Assembly (NCBI GenBank): GCA_048887225.1
Contig: JBHLJY010000012.1
Location: 10,710-74,709 of the forward strand
Direction: 5' to 3'
DNA length: 64,000 nt
Source of the DNA: Candidatus Hodarchaeota archaeon
GTDB taxonomy: Archaea; Asgardarchaeota; Lokiarchaeia; Sigyniarchaeales; SOKP01
Translations under genes and position numbers: made by a program
Part shown: one piece after another, positions 49,377-59,754 of the stretch
Position numbering within the stretch: position 1 is the first letter of the stretch
Layout: the number at the start of each line of letters is the position of its first letter
Notes under the pieces: generated by a model
The model's input: only the letters and a program-made list of their open reading frames with translations
What the model was told of the DNA's origin: nothing
Database searches by the model: none

Positions 49377-49409
49377 CCCTAATTAGTCAAAGAAAAGATA
49401 TATAATTAA

Positions 49410-50084
49410 TCATTGCTGGTAAATTTTCATTAGTTTTTCGAGATCAATAGGATCATTTATATTGATGAAACTAATTAACTTCTCATCTATAGGGTGGATT
49501 GCGTTTTCTATAGATATATAGTTAATGTTCCAATCATTATCTAGTAAATTTGTTAACTTATACGATTTATTCCTTAAATTCTCTTTTGCTATTTGAAACG
49601 CTTTTTTAATTGGATAGATGGCAAATAGAGGTTCTAAATATCCATTATTCCATCTTGGAATACAACAATCAAAAACTTCAGATTTTTTAATTATTAATTC
49701 AACTATTTCATGCTTAATTAAAGGTGTATCACAAGATAATATGAAAACCATATCGTATCCTAAGTTATCAAGTTCTTTGAAAGCTGAATACATCCCAATC
49801 ATCGGAGTACGAAATTCTTTGTCAGAAATGATCTCTTTATCGTCCAAAATAAAACCTTTTATGTTTTCAGTATTAATCTTGATTTTATAAGTCTGAACCT
49901 GATCTTGGGAATGAGCCACTAAAAAAATATCGAGCTTAAATTTTGATAATGTTTCAATTTGATATGATATTAATGGTTTTCCAAGGAATTCAAAAATTCC
50001 TTTATCACTTCCAAAACGAGTGCTTTTTCCACCAATTAAAATTGCAAATGCAAGATATTTGTTGTTATTGCTTATCTTTGACAT
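49410..50084 (-). CDS. mobA: Molybdenum cofactor guanylyltransferase
   Basis: ILIGGKSTRFGSDKG, LSCDTP, EPLFAIY and FININDP motifs. Confidence 0.9.
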   Translation of the reverse strand: MSKISNNNKYLAFAILIGGKSTRFGSDKGIFEFLGKPLISYQIETLSKFKLDIFLVAHSQDQVQTYKIKINTENIKGFILDDKEIISDKEFRTPMIGMYSAFKELDNLGYDMVFILSCDTPLIKHEIVELIIKKSEVFDCCIPRWNNGYLEPLFAIYPIKKAFQIAKENLRNKSYKLTNLLDNDWNINYISIENAIHPIDEKLISFININDPIDLEKLMKIYQQ

Positions 50085-50119
50085 CTTTCTTTATTAATTG
50101 GATACTTTCAGGTTAACTC

Positions 50120-51517
50120 CTATTCTACGCCATCCCAGCAATAAGTGCACAGTTTTTCTTTTGGTAGACCAATAGCTTTAACTAAATCTTCGAGTCTCTG
50201 GTATTTTAATGTCGTCAATTGCAATTTTTTACGGATAACATCAACCATGGCTTTATAATTGTCAGATTCTGGGTCGGTATACTCGGCAGGATCGTCGTTA
50301 TCACTTCCAGTGAGTTTTTTAATGGCCCATCGTCCCGCCAAATCTAACTCAGAACGAGACCGGGAGAAATTAAGGAATTTACAGCTATAAATAAGCGGAG
50401 GGCATGCTGGTCTCATATGAACCTCCTTGGCACCTGAATCATATAGTCTTTGAATTTGTTTTCGAAGTTGCGTCCCTCTCACGATTGAATCTTCACAGAA
50501 AAGTAAACGTTTATCCTTAATGAGTTCTTTAATCGGGATGAGTTTCATTTTCGCAACTAGGTCCCTAATAGATTGTATGTGAGGCATGAAGCTTCGAGGC
50601 CACGTCGGGGTGTATTTTACATAAGGTCGTGAATAAGGAATTTTTGCTTCATTTGCATAACCCACACCATGCGCAGTTCCAGAATCTGGGATGCCCGCCA
50701 CGAGGTCAATTTCCACATTATCATTCTTTGCTAAATATGAGCCGCATTTATAACGGACAGCTTCCACATTAATTCCCTCGTAATTAGATGCGGGATATCC
50801 ATAATATACCCATAAAAAAGCACAAATTTGCAATCGGTTGCCAGGAGCGATTTTCTTTTCGACCCCCTTCTCACTTAATAAAATTACTTCACCTGGTCCG
50901 AGGTATTCTGTTATTTTATACCCGAGGTTAGGGAATGCACAAGTTTCCATTGCAATGGCATAAGACCCAGGTTTCTCCCCTATGATGAGGGGTGTTCTAC
51001 CGAGTTTATCTCGCGCTGCATAGATACCTTCCTCTGTTAAAATAAGCATGGTACACGAGCCATCAATTATATTTTGGGCTTTCTGAATTCCTTCTTCAAA
51101 GGTAGCATTTTGGCCAATTATCATTGCTATCATTTCTGTGGGATTTATTTCCCCTCCACGCATTTCTGAGAAATGTGATCCGCCTTTTAATGCTATATTT
51201 GCTAGCTCATCTAAATTATTAATTTTCCCAACTGTGGTAATGGCAAATACACCTAACCGTGAGTTGATTATTAAAGGTTGATCTTCATAATCACTGATCA
51301 CACCAATACCTTTATTCCCGTGCATTTTTATAATATCTTTCTCGAATTTTGACCTGAATTGAGTTGTTGTGATGTCTTTGATGAATCTTTGAAAACCTCC
51401 TTCGTTCTTTACTGCCAATCCACCTCTTCTGGTTCCCAGATGAGAATGATAATCTGTCCCATAAAAAAGATCCTTTAAACAATCTTTATCTGAAAAAACT
51501 CCGAAAAGGCCACCCAT
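50120..51517 (-). CDS. purF: Amidophosphoribosyltransferase, variant lacking the N-terminal catalytic Cys
   Basis: Starts MGGLFG; ARDKLGRTPL, GIPDSG, EDSIVRGTQ and LCTYCW motifs. Confidence 0.88.
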   Translation of the reverse strand: MGGLFGVFSDKDCLKDLFYGTDYHSHLGTRRGGLAVKNEGGFQRFIKDITTTQFRSKFEKDIIKMHGNKGIGVISDYEDQPLIINSRLGVFAITTVGKINNLDELANIALKGGSHFSEMRGGEINPTEMIAMIIGQNATFEEGIQKAQNIIDGSCTMLILTEEGIYAARDKLGRTPLIIGEKPGSYAIAMETCAFPNLGYKITEYLGPGEVILLSEKGVEKKIAPGNRLQICAFLWVYYGYPASNYEGINVEAVRYKCGSYLAKNDNVEIDLVAGIPDSGTAHGVGYANEAKIPYSRPYVKYTPTWPRSFMPHIQSIRDLVAKMKLIPIKELIKDKRLLFCEDSIVRGTQLRKQIQRLYDSGAKEVHMRPACPPLIYSCKFLNFSRSRSELDLAGRWAIKKLTGSDNDDPAEYTDPESDNYKAMVDVIRKKLQLTTLKYQRLEDLVKAIGLPKEKLCTYCWDGVE

Positions 51518-51580
51518 ATCTCATCCACTATATATCTAATTAGAACAATTTCATTTAAATAAAATTATTAATGGATTATA

Positions 51581-52210
51581 TTATTTTCTACAATATTTTA
51601 TAAAGTTCTTATATATCTGAATTCCGTACTTGCTTGATTTTTCTGGGTGGAACTGAGTAGCAATAATATTATCTCTACCAATAATTGAGCAATATTCAAC
51701 TTCTCCATATTTAGTAAGGCCTATAATGAGATCTTTATTTTCAGGATCCGCGTAAAAACTATGGACAAAATAAAAGTAAGAATTATTAGGAATTCCTTGA
51801 ATTAGAAAATTTTCCTTTGTCAAAAATTCGACACTATTCCAGCCAATTTGAGGTATTTTATCTACTTTTGAAATATCAAATGGAATGATGTCTCCTTTAA
51901 TCAGATTTAAACCTTCGTGCTCACCCATTTCATAACTTTTTGAAAAAATTAATTGTTGTCCTAAACAAATGCCAAATAATGGTTTTTTCTCATTTACTAT
52001 TTGAGTTATCACAGGAATAAGGTTCTTTTCTTTTAGGTGTCTCATTGCATCGCCAAATGCTCCAACTCCAGGCAAAATCACACCATCAGTATCTAATATT
52101 ACTTTCGAATCATCAGTAATAATGGTATCCACATTCAAATGTTTTAAACATTTATAGATGCTTTTTAAATTCCCCATTTCGTAATCTATAATAGCGATAT
52201 TAAATGGCAT
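51581..52210 (-). CDS. hisH: Imidazole glycerol phosphate synthase glutaminase subunit
   Basis: DYEMGNL, PGVGAF, GICLG and QFHPEKS motifs. Confidence 0.96.
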   Translation of the reverse strand: MPFNIAIIDYEMGNLKSIYKCLKHLNVDTIITDDSKVILDTDGVILPGVGAFGDAMRHLKEKNLIPVITQIVNEKKPLFGICLGQQLIFSKSYEMGEHEGLNLIKGDIIPFDISKVDKIPQIGWNSVEFLTKENFLIQGIPNNSYFYFVHSFYADPENKDLIIGLTKYGEVEYCSIIGRDNIIATQFHPEKSSKYGIQIYKNFIKYCRK

Positions 52211-52212
52211 AA

Positions 52213-53028
52213 TTATAACCTCATTGGGATTCCCGCATTTTTACATTGTTCCTTTATAATCGGAATTGGATATTCATTATAATGAAAAATAGAAGCGGCC
52301 AATGCCGCATCTGCTTTACCGATTTTAAAAGCGTCAATAATATGTTGAGGTTTTCCAGCACCTCCAGAAGCTATTATTGGAACGCTTAATTTTTCACTAA
52401 ATGTTCTAGTAAGCTCTAAGTCGAAATTATCTTTTGTCCCATCTTTATCCATTGATGTTAATAAAATCTCTCCACTTCCTAGTTCAGTAGCTTTTTCACC
52501 CCATAATACAGCGTCTTTACCAGTGGGCGTTCTACCACCATTGATATAGACTTCCCACCAACAATACTTATCTTCGATTTGAATCACCACTTTATCCCTT
52601 GCTACTTCTGGAGATTCAACATATACTCTTTTTGCGTCAATAGAAGTAACAATACATTGGGATCCAAAAATTTTTGCTCCTTCTTTAATAAGATCTGGTG
52701 TAGTAACTGCAGCAGTATTTAATGAAACTTTATCCGCACCTGCTCTTAAAATTTCTTTAATATCCTCAACATCCCTTAAACCCCCACCAACAGTAAATGG
52801 GATAAAGACTTGTTCTCCAGTCCTTTCAACCAAATCGATTAGAATTTTTCTTTTATCTGAAGAAGCGGTAATATCTAAAAAAACTAGCTCATCTGCTCCC
52901 TGATCATCATAAAATGCGCCTAACTCTACAGCATCTCCAGCATCTCTAAGATTAATAAATTTAGTTCCTTTCACAACTCTACCTTTTGTTACATCTAAAC
53001 AAGGAATAATGCGTTTTGTTAAGGGCAT
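52213..53028 (-). CDS. hisF: Imidazole glycerol phosphate synthase cyclase subunit
   Basis: [21 protein letters not shown] and IASGGAG motifs. Confidence 0.97.
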   Translation of the reverse strand: MPLTKRIIPCLDVTKGRVVKGTKFINLRDAGDAVELGAFYDDQGADELVFLDITASSDKRKILIDLVERTGEQVFIPFTVGGGLRDVEDIKEILRAGADKVSLNTAAVTTPDLIKEGAKIFGSQCIVTSIDAKRVYVESPEVARDKVVIQIEDKYCWWEVYINGGRTPTGKDAVLWGEKATELGSGEILLTSMDKDGTKDNFDLELTRTFSEKLSVPIIASGGAGKPQHIIDAFKIGKADAALAASIFHYNEYPIPIIKEQCKNAGIPMRL

Positions 53029-53161
53029 ACTTATTTTTCTTCTCTTTTTTATCTAAATAAATATATCACGCAAATTATTTAGGATTTACTCTGATATCGA
53101 TTAAAGTATACCATCTTAATTGATATGACTTGAAAAACTATAAAAAAATAGTTTGTTTTAT

Positions 53162-54009
53162 TTATATTCTCATTGGTACTCCATTTTTCGCACAATATTG
53201 TTTAACTTCTCTTATAGATATTTCTCTAAAATGAAAGATCGAAGCTGCTAAAGCTGCTGCTGCTTTACCTATTGTAAATGCTTCAAGGATATGATTCATA
53301 GTACCAGCGCCCCCGCTAGCCATTATAGGGAGTCCAGTCGCTTCTGCAATTCCACGTGTCATTTCTAAATCGTACCCATTTTTTGTCCCATCAAATGTCT
53401 TGCTCGTCGGCAGTATCTCCCCTACTCCTAAATCTTTAACTCTTTTCGCCCACTTAATCGCATCCATGCCTGTAGATTTCGTACCACTATGAGTCATAAC
53501 ATCAAACCAACAGAATCTATCCTCTACTTTAAAGAGAATTTTTTCTGGTGCCTCTTCCTCAGAATTAACATATACTCTATTACCATCAATAGCACAAACA
53601 AGTCTCTCTGGACCGTATTCTCTGGAAATTTTAGCTAAAAGTTCTGGATTTTTCACAGCAGCGCTATTTAGAGAAACTTTATTTGCTTTTGCCTCTAGTA
53701 TTGCTTTAACATCTTCCATGGATCTTATACCTCCTCCTACAGTAAATGGTATTGAAATTCTCTCTGCGACTTTCTTAACTAAATCTACTACAGTTTTTCT
53801 TTTTTCTAAAGTTGCTGTAATGTCTAAGAAAACCAATTCATCAGCACCCTCATCCTGATAATATCTTGCAAATTCGACAGGATCACCTGCATCCCTTAAG
53901 TTTATAAATTGAATTCCTTTTACAACCCTTCCATCTTTTACGCCGTTTTATACGATATGTAGAAAAACTTTACATCGAGGCAGGGCACAATTTTCTTATA
54001 ATCTGTCAT
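53162..54009 (-). CDS. hisF: Second HisF, split by a 32-nt intron-like insert (exons 53970-54009 and 53162-53937; 271 aa spliced)
   Basis: The spliced N-terminus is [35 protein letters not shown]. Spliced length 816 nt equals the adjacent intact hisF. Confidence 0.88.
53938..53969 (-). other. Putative relaxed BHB mRNA intron in hisF
   Basis: AUGU-AA^A-GUUUU...AAAAC-G-GCGU-AA^A. Removal restores LDVKDG. Confidence 0.7.
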
Positions 54010-54121
54010 TTTAGAAAGCTTTAATTTTAAGATTTGTTATTTAATAATCTTTAATCATCTAATAATTTAGATACTTCTTCATTATGTATGAATTCTAAAA
54101 ATTTTAAAAGAAATTTAAAAA

Positions 54122-55207
54122 TTAGTAACTTATTTCTGCTCCAGGAATTTCTTCTCTTAATTCCCTTTTCATAGTTATAGCATCTTCAGGACATGTTACT
54201 GCGCATAAACCACAGCCAACGCATTTATCTGTATTAACTTCAGCTACATCATTAACGGTTATAGCTCCAAACTTACATCGTCCTAAGCATGTTTCACACC
54301 CTACACATAATTCTCGATCAATATAAGAAATAAAGTTGGCTTTAGCTATTGATCTTGGGTTGTCTAGTCTTGTCAATCCAGCAAGCATCCCACAACAGCA
54401 TTCACAGCAATTGCAAATTATTCGAGTATTTGTAGCATCGTTATCTGTACCATGTATAAGACCAATATCAGATGCTTCTCTTACAATTTTTTTTATTTCT
54501 TCTTTTGAAGCAGCTCTAACAACAGGGTCTCCCATTTCTAGTACTGCTTTAGCAAACGATCCCATCATAATACAGTTGTGGATTGGATATTTATCTTTAC
54601 ACTCTCTTATACCTTCAATCTCTTTTCTGTTTCTACATGGACATGGTATAACAGCAAAATCATCCCATTGATCTATAATACAATATACCTCTTCTATTGG
54701 AATAATCTCACGCTCATGTTCTACTTCTTCACTAACAGTTATTACTCTCAAGCGAGGTATACCACTTCGACTAGTTTCCCATGTTTTATAATATTCGTCC
54801 TCCACAAAGAATTTTCTGCTTAATTGAGCTAATTTCACTCCATCCTCAGTACTATAAACTTCCTTCAATATAAACGGCATATCATAAATAAATAATGGCA
54901 TTGGTTGAGCATATTGTCGTCCTAATTTTATAACATACCCTTTTTTTACGTATGGCTCAAGCTCATCGATCAATTCTTTTTTCTTTTTATTAATCTTTTT
55001 AGCTAATTTCACGATTGACATTGTATCAGGAAATACAGGTAATTCTAATACTGTTTTTATAATTTCAGAATTATACATAATGCTCAAGTATTCTAGATAA
55101 GTTTCTGTTGGCTCTCCATTCTCATCCTGAGGAAATGATTGCCGCTTGAATTTCAATTTTTTTGCGAATTTTATTAAATCTGCCCGATGTTCTTCATTAT
55201 CGATCAT
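54122..55207 (-). CDS. Fe-S protein with N-terminal wHTH-like segment, Cys-rich core and C-terminal 2[4Fe-4S] ferredoxin
   Basis: PCPCR, ICNCCECCCG, CVGCETCLGRC and CVGCGLCAVTCP motifs. Confidence 0.85.
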   Translation of the reverse strand: MIDNEEHRADLIKFAKKLKFKRQSFPQDENGEPTETYLEYLSIMYNSEIIKTVLELPVFPDTMSIVKLAKKINKKKKELIDELEPYVKKGYVIKLGRQYAQPMPLFIYDMPFILKEVYSTEDGVKLAQLSRKFFVEDEYYKTWETSRSGIPRLRVITVSEEVEHEREIIPIEEVYCIIDQWDDFAVIPCPCRNRKEIEGIRECKDKYPIHNCIMMGSFAKAVLEMGDPVVRAASKEEIKKIVREASDIGLIHGTDNDATNTRIICNCCECCCGMLAGLTRLDNPRSIAKANFISYIDRELCVGCETCLGRCKFGAITVNDVAEVNTDKCVGCGLCAVTCPEDAITMKRELREEIPGAEISY

Positions 55208-55265
55208 ATTAATTACATACCTCTATAATATTTTGAAACATAATTTCTATTTGGATATACTTATA

Positions 55266-57662
55266 TTAATAACTTCTATTTTTAAAAATACCTCCAATTA
55301 ATTGTCCCGTGCTTATTCCAGCATCTCCAGGAGGTATTATATCATGTTCTAAAAATTCAAAACCACATTGAGTTATTATTCCTTTAATTGTTTTTGAAAA
55401 AGAGTAATTGTAAGCAACACCTCCAGTTAATCCAATTTTATTTATCATATTTTTTTCGGCGATATCAATGGCTACATCTGCAAAAACCTTGCCAAATTCA
55501 ATTTGAAATTTAGCGGCAATATCTTCTGGTTTATTTTTTGAATCGTCAAGTAAATTAACAATATCAAGGATTAAATCAGAAGTGTTTATGATACACACAC
55601 CGCCTTTCTCCTTGTATTTAACCTCCAATTTTACATTGCTTGAATTACCTTTAGATGCTAATCCTTCAAGTCTCATTGCGGGTTCTCCTCTATATGTCTT
55701 GATGTTACAAGCTCCCAACAAATATGATACAGTATCAAAAATTCTTCCAGTGGAGCTTGACAAAGGAATATTTTCGTTTGGAAAAGTGTTATTAGCTTGT
55801 TGGAAGTGAGATATTAAGGTTTTTAATTCTAACTCTTTATGTTCTAAATCGTTTTCAAGATTTAATTTTTTAAAAATATTCACTGAATTACCAATTCCTA
55901 GAGTTTTAAGAATAATTGAAGCTGCCATTCTAGCAGGATATTTAGTGCAACGGTCACCTCCAATCATAGGTTGATATTCTAAATGACCTAGGCGTTCATA
56001 TCCATTATACGAGCTTAATAAAATTTCACCACCCCATATATTACCATCATCCCCGTAACCAACTCCGTCTGTAGAAATACCAATAATTTTCTCATCATTT
56101 CTTATATTATTTTCAGCCATTAAACTCAATATGTGGGAAAAATGATGTTGGATGGGATATAATGGTACATTAAATTGAGCAGCTAATTCTTTTGCAAATT
56201 TAGTAGTAATAAAAGTTGGATGAGCATCGCAAGATATGAATTCTATTTCTGAATCTTTAATTTGTAAAAGTTTTTTCATGTGAAAGAGTGCTTCTTTCAA
56301 GAAATTATATGTTTCCAAATGAGCTACATTTCCTATATGCTGTGTTGGAAATATTCGATTTTTTCTTAGAACTGCTCCCGTAACTGTTAATTCTGGCCCT
56401 GTAGCTAATGCTCCGGGAATATCAACTTCAAATGGTAAAGGTAAATATTCTGGGATATATCCTCTTGATCTTCTTATCAATTTTATCTTATTGTCGTGAA
56501 TCCTTAAAACGCTATCATCCGCTCTCTGATAGATTGTTCTGTTATGCAATAGGAAAATATCCGCAAGGTGTTGGAGTTGGTCGAAGATTTTATCATTTTT
56601 TATACCCATAGGAATATTTGAAGGATTTCCACTGGTATAGACCAACGGTTTTTCTCCAATAAAATCAAACAATAAATAATGAATTCCTGAATAAGGAAGC
56701 ATAAAACCTACATTATTTAAGCCAGGAGCAACTTGATAACTAATATTTGAAATTTTTAAATTTTCTTTTCGTTCCAATAATACTATAGGTCGTCGAAAAG
56801 ATGTTAATAATTCTCTTTCTTTATTAGAAATCTTAAAATATTCTTTAACTATTTCTAGTTTTGGAATCATTAAAGCGAAAGGTTTTGATTTCCTTCCACC
56901 TTTTCGTTTCCGGAGTTTAAGGATAACATTATCATTATCACCTAAACAAACTAAATGGACTCCTCCAATTCCTTTAACAGCAACAATTTCACCTTCATTA
57001 ATTCTTTTTGAGACTTCTTTAAGAATTTCTTCAATGGAGCCTTTTTTAATTATTTCTCGTGATGTATTGTATAATTTATAATTAGGGCCACATATAGAAC
57101 AGGCAAAAGTTTGAGCGTGAAATCTGCGATTATCAAAATCGGAATATTCTTGAATACAAGAAGGATTTCCTCGTGTGCATAAAGGAAATTCAGTCATAGT
57201 ACTTCGTTCTCTGTCATATGGTAATGCTTTTGCTGTAGTAAATCTTGGTCCACAAACAGCACACGCTATAAAAGGATACATATGATATTTAGATAAATTT
57301 TTATTTCTCATATCTTTTAAGCAATTATCGCAAATTGCTATATCTGGAGGCAGAGTTAAACTAATTCCTCTGCCTTGTTCACTTTTTTTAATTTCAAGGT
57401 TTTCAAATATCTCTGAGGAAACTAATTTTTTTACATATAGACCTTCAATAAAGGAGATTTTTGGTTTTTTATTCTCTATATCTACAATAAATTTATCAAT
57501 ATCTTCAGAATTTCCCTGAAGTACTAATCTCACTCCAGCATTTCCACGGTTTAAAACGAAACCTTTCAACCCCCGATTTCTGGCTAAATTGAACAAGAAA
57601 GGTCGAAATCCAACGCCTTGAACTATACCAGTTAAATTAATTTCTACAGTTTTCTTACTCAT
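55266..57662 (-). CDS. hypF: Carbamoyltransferase HypF
   Basis: GIVQGVGFRPF, Zn fingers, RRFHAQ, KGIGG, QHH, DGVGYG and PPGDAG motifs. Confidence 0.97.
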   Translation of the reverse strand: MSKKTVEINLTGIVQGVGFRPFLFNLARNRGLKGFVLNRGNAGVRLVLQGNSEDIDKFIVDIENKKPKISFIEGLYVKKLVSSEIFENLEIKKSEQGRGISLTLPPDIAICDNCLKDMRNKNLSKYHMYPFIACAVCGPRFTTAKALPYDRERSTMTEFPLCTRGNPSCIQEYSDFDNRRFHAQTFACSICGPNYKLYNTSREIIKKGSIEEILKEVSKRINEGEIVAVKGIGGVHLVCLGDNDNVILKLRKRKGGRKSKPFALMIPKLEIVKEYFKISNKERELLTSFRRPIVLLERKENLKISNISYQVAPGLNNVGFMLPYSGIHYLLFDFIGEKPLVYTSGNPSNIPMGIKNDKIFDQLQHLADIFLLHNRTIYQRADDSVLRIHDNKIKLIRRSRGYIPEYLPLPFEVDIPGALATGPELTVTGAVLRKNRIFPTQHIGNVAHLETYNFLKEALFHMKKLLQIKDSEIEFISCDAHPTFITTKFAKELAAQFNVPLYPIQHHFSHILSLMAENNIRNDEKIIGISTDGVGYGDDGNIWGGEILLSSYNGYERLGHLEYQPMIGGDRCTKYPARMAASIILKTLGIGNSVNIFKKLNLENDLEHKELELKTLISHFQQANNTFPNENIPLSSSTGRIFDTVSYLLGACNIKTYRGEPAMRLEGLASKGNSSNVKLEVKYKEKGGVCIINTSDLILDIVNLLDDSKNKPEDIAAKFQIEFGKVFADVAIDIAEKNMINKIGLTGGVAYNYSFSKTIKGIITQCGFEFLEHDIIPPGDAGISTGQLIGGIFKNRSY

Positions 57663-57766
57663 TTAATAAATTAAAATGCCAAACTTATATAAATCAAATG
57701 ATTTTATATAGAAAGTAATATTCTTCATGATTTTTATTATTAAAATAATGAAAATGTGATTGAATT

Positions 57767-58573
57767 TTGAAATTCGCATTAAATCAAGCAACTTTGATAA
57801 AAACTCCGATGGAAATATTTTTAAAAGCTATTGCTAAGGCAGGATTCCAAGGTGTTGAATTAAGGAGAGATGAAACTTTTGCCTATTTAGAAAGTCATTC
57901 TGTTGATAATTTAAAAAAAAAATTGGAAGATTTAAATCTCGATTGTATTACTTTTAATGCTGTTGAATTATTTTCTTTATGTCATGAAAAAGAATTTGAA
58001 CGAATTTTAAGTTATTCAGAAAAACTAATGAAAATTGGCAATCAAATTGGGTGTGATACTCTTATAACTGTTCCGAGTTTTCTTGAGGAACCACTTAGCG
58101 ATGCTAAAATTTATTCTCGCACTGTCGAAAGATTAGAGCTTCTTGCGGTTTTAGCTGAAAAATACGATTTTAATCTTGGTTTTGAACCTTTGGGATTTCT
58201 TAATTGTTCAGTTAGAAAAATAGACATGGCATTAAGAATTATTAATGAGTTTCCAAATATAGGATTAATAATCGATACTTTTCATTATTTTATTGGAGAA
58301 CACTCAATCAATGAATTAGATAATATTGAACTTGATAAATTGTGGTTAATCCATATTAACGATGCTATTGAAAAACCATTTAAAGAATTACATGATTTTC
58401 ACAGAGTTTTACCATGTCAAGGATTTTTTAACCTTAAAATGTTTGTTAATAAATTAATGGAAATAGGATACAATAAATGGATTTCTTTAGAATTATTTAA
58501 CGAAAAGATTTGGGAAGAAGATCCTTATAAAGTTGCAAAAGATTCAATGGATTCCCTAAAAAAGTTGATATAA
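57767..58573 (+). CDS. Sugar phosphate isomerase/epimerase (IolE/IolI-like TIM barrel)
   Basis: GFQGVEL, FEPLGF, IDTFH, IHIND and SLELF motifs. Confidence 0.85.
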   Translation: MKFALNQATLIKTPMEIFLKAIAKAGFQGVELRRDETFAYLESHSVDNLKKKLEDLNLDCITFNAVELFSLCHEKEFERILSYSEKLMKIGNQIGCDTLITVPSFLEEPLSDAKIYSRTVERLELLAVLAEKYDFNLGFEPLGFLNCSVRKIDMALRIINEFPNIGLIIDTFHYFIGEHSINELDNIELDKLWLIHINDAIEKPFKELHDFHRVLPCQGFFNLKMFVNKLMEIGYNKWISLELFNEKIWEEDPYKVAKDSMDSLKKLI

Positions 58574-58641
58574 TCTTTCGTTTTTATTCTTTTATAATTT
58601 GTGACACAAATTCTTTTAATTTCGAATTCTTTCATTATATT

Positions 58642-59694
58642 ATGAGTGAGAAAAATGAGAGCTCAAAAGTCATCCGTTTAGCTCATGGTGCTGGTGGGAT
58701 TTTACAAGGAGAATTAATTGATTTTATAACAAAGGATATTGCGTTAAAAAATGTCAATCATGGGATTGGTGTGGAAGAATTAGATGACGGGGCAACTATC
58801 CCGCTTGAGAAATTTGATAATGAAATTGTTATAACTGCTGATGGACACACAGTATATCCCTTATTCTTTCCAGGTGGAGATTTAGGAACATTAAGCATTT
58901 GCGGCACAGTAAACGATTTATTGATGATGGGTGCAGACCCTTTAGCGCTTACTTCAATGTTTATTATTGAAGAAGGTTTTAAATTTGAGACATTAGAAAA
59001 AATTGTTAACTCATTTAATATGAAGGCAAAAGAAGCGAAAATAGCAATAATAGCAGGAGATACTAAAATTATGCCTCGTGGTAGTTTAAACGAGATGATT
59101 ATAGCCACATCTGGTATTGGAATTAAGGATAAAGAAATTAAAATAGTAGATAACGGCTTAAAAGTTGGGGATAAAATAATAATTACTGGATCTATTGGAG
59201 ATCATGGAACCGCACTAATGGCAAGTCGAGAAAATTTAAATATTTCTACAGATCTAAAATCTGATATAAATTTATTACTAGAAATTAATAAATCTATTAA
59301 ATCTGAAATTAATTCAAATCATATTCACGCCATGAAAGATCCAACTAGGGGCGGAATTGCAGGAGCTTTAAACGATTTTGCAACTAAATCAAATGTAAGT
59401 ATTTATCTTGAAGAGGAAAAAATTCCAATTAAAAAACAAGTAAAGTCTATTTGTGACATGTTAGGATTAGATCCATTTACTATAGCATGTGAAGGGCGAG
59501 CTATCTTGTCCGTTGATTCAAGTCAAGCGGATCATATTTTAAGAAAAATTAAATCTACTCAAATTGGTGCGGATGCTGAAATAATAGGGGAAGTTAGGGC
59601 GGATAATCCCAAAAAAGTATTATTAAAAACTGTTGTAGGTGGTACAAGATTTGTAGATATGCCCTTAGGTGAGCCTATACCTAGAATTTGTTAA
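58642..59694 (+). CDS. hypE: Hydrogenase maturation protein HypE
   Basis: LAHGAGG, PLFFPGGDLG and DPTRGG motifs; C-terminal PRIC. Confidence 0.97.
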   Translation: MSEKNESSKVIRLAHGAGGILQGELIDFITKDIALKNVNHGIGVEELDDGATIPLEKFDNEIVITADGHTVYPLFFPGGDLGTLSICGTVNDLLMMGADPLALTSMFIIEEGFKFETLEKIVNSFNMKAKEAKIAIIAGDTKIMPRGSLNEMIIATSGIGIKDKEIKIVDNGLKVGDKIIITGSIGDHGTALMASRENLNISTDLKSDINLLLEINKSIKSEINSNHIHAMKDPTRGGIAGALNDFATKSNVSIYLEEEKIPIKKQVKSICDMLGLDPFTIACEGRAILSVDSSQADHILRKIKSTQIGADAEIIGEVRADNPKKVLLKTVVGGTRFVDMPLGEPIPRIC

Positions 59695-59754
59695 TTGATA
59701 TCTAGATTTTATATTCAAAATTAAAAGAAAGTAATAAGACTATAAGAGAATAGT

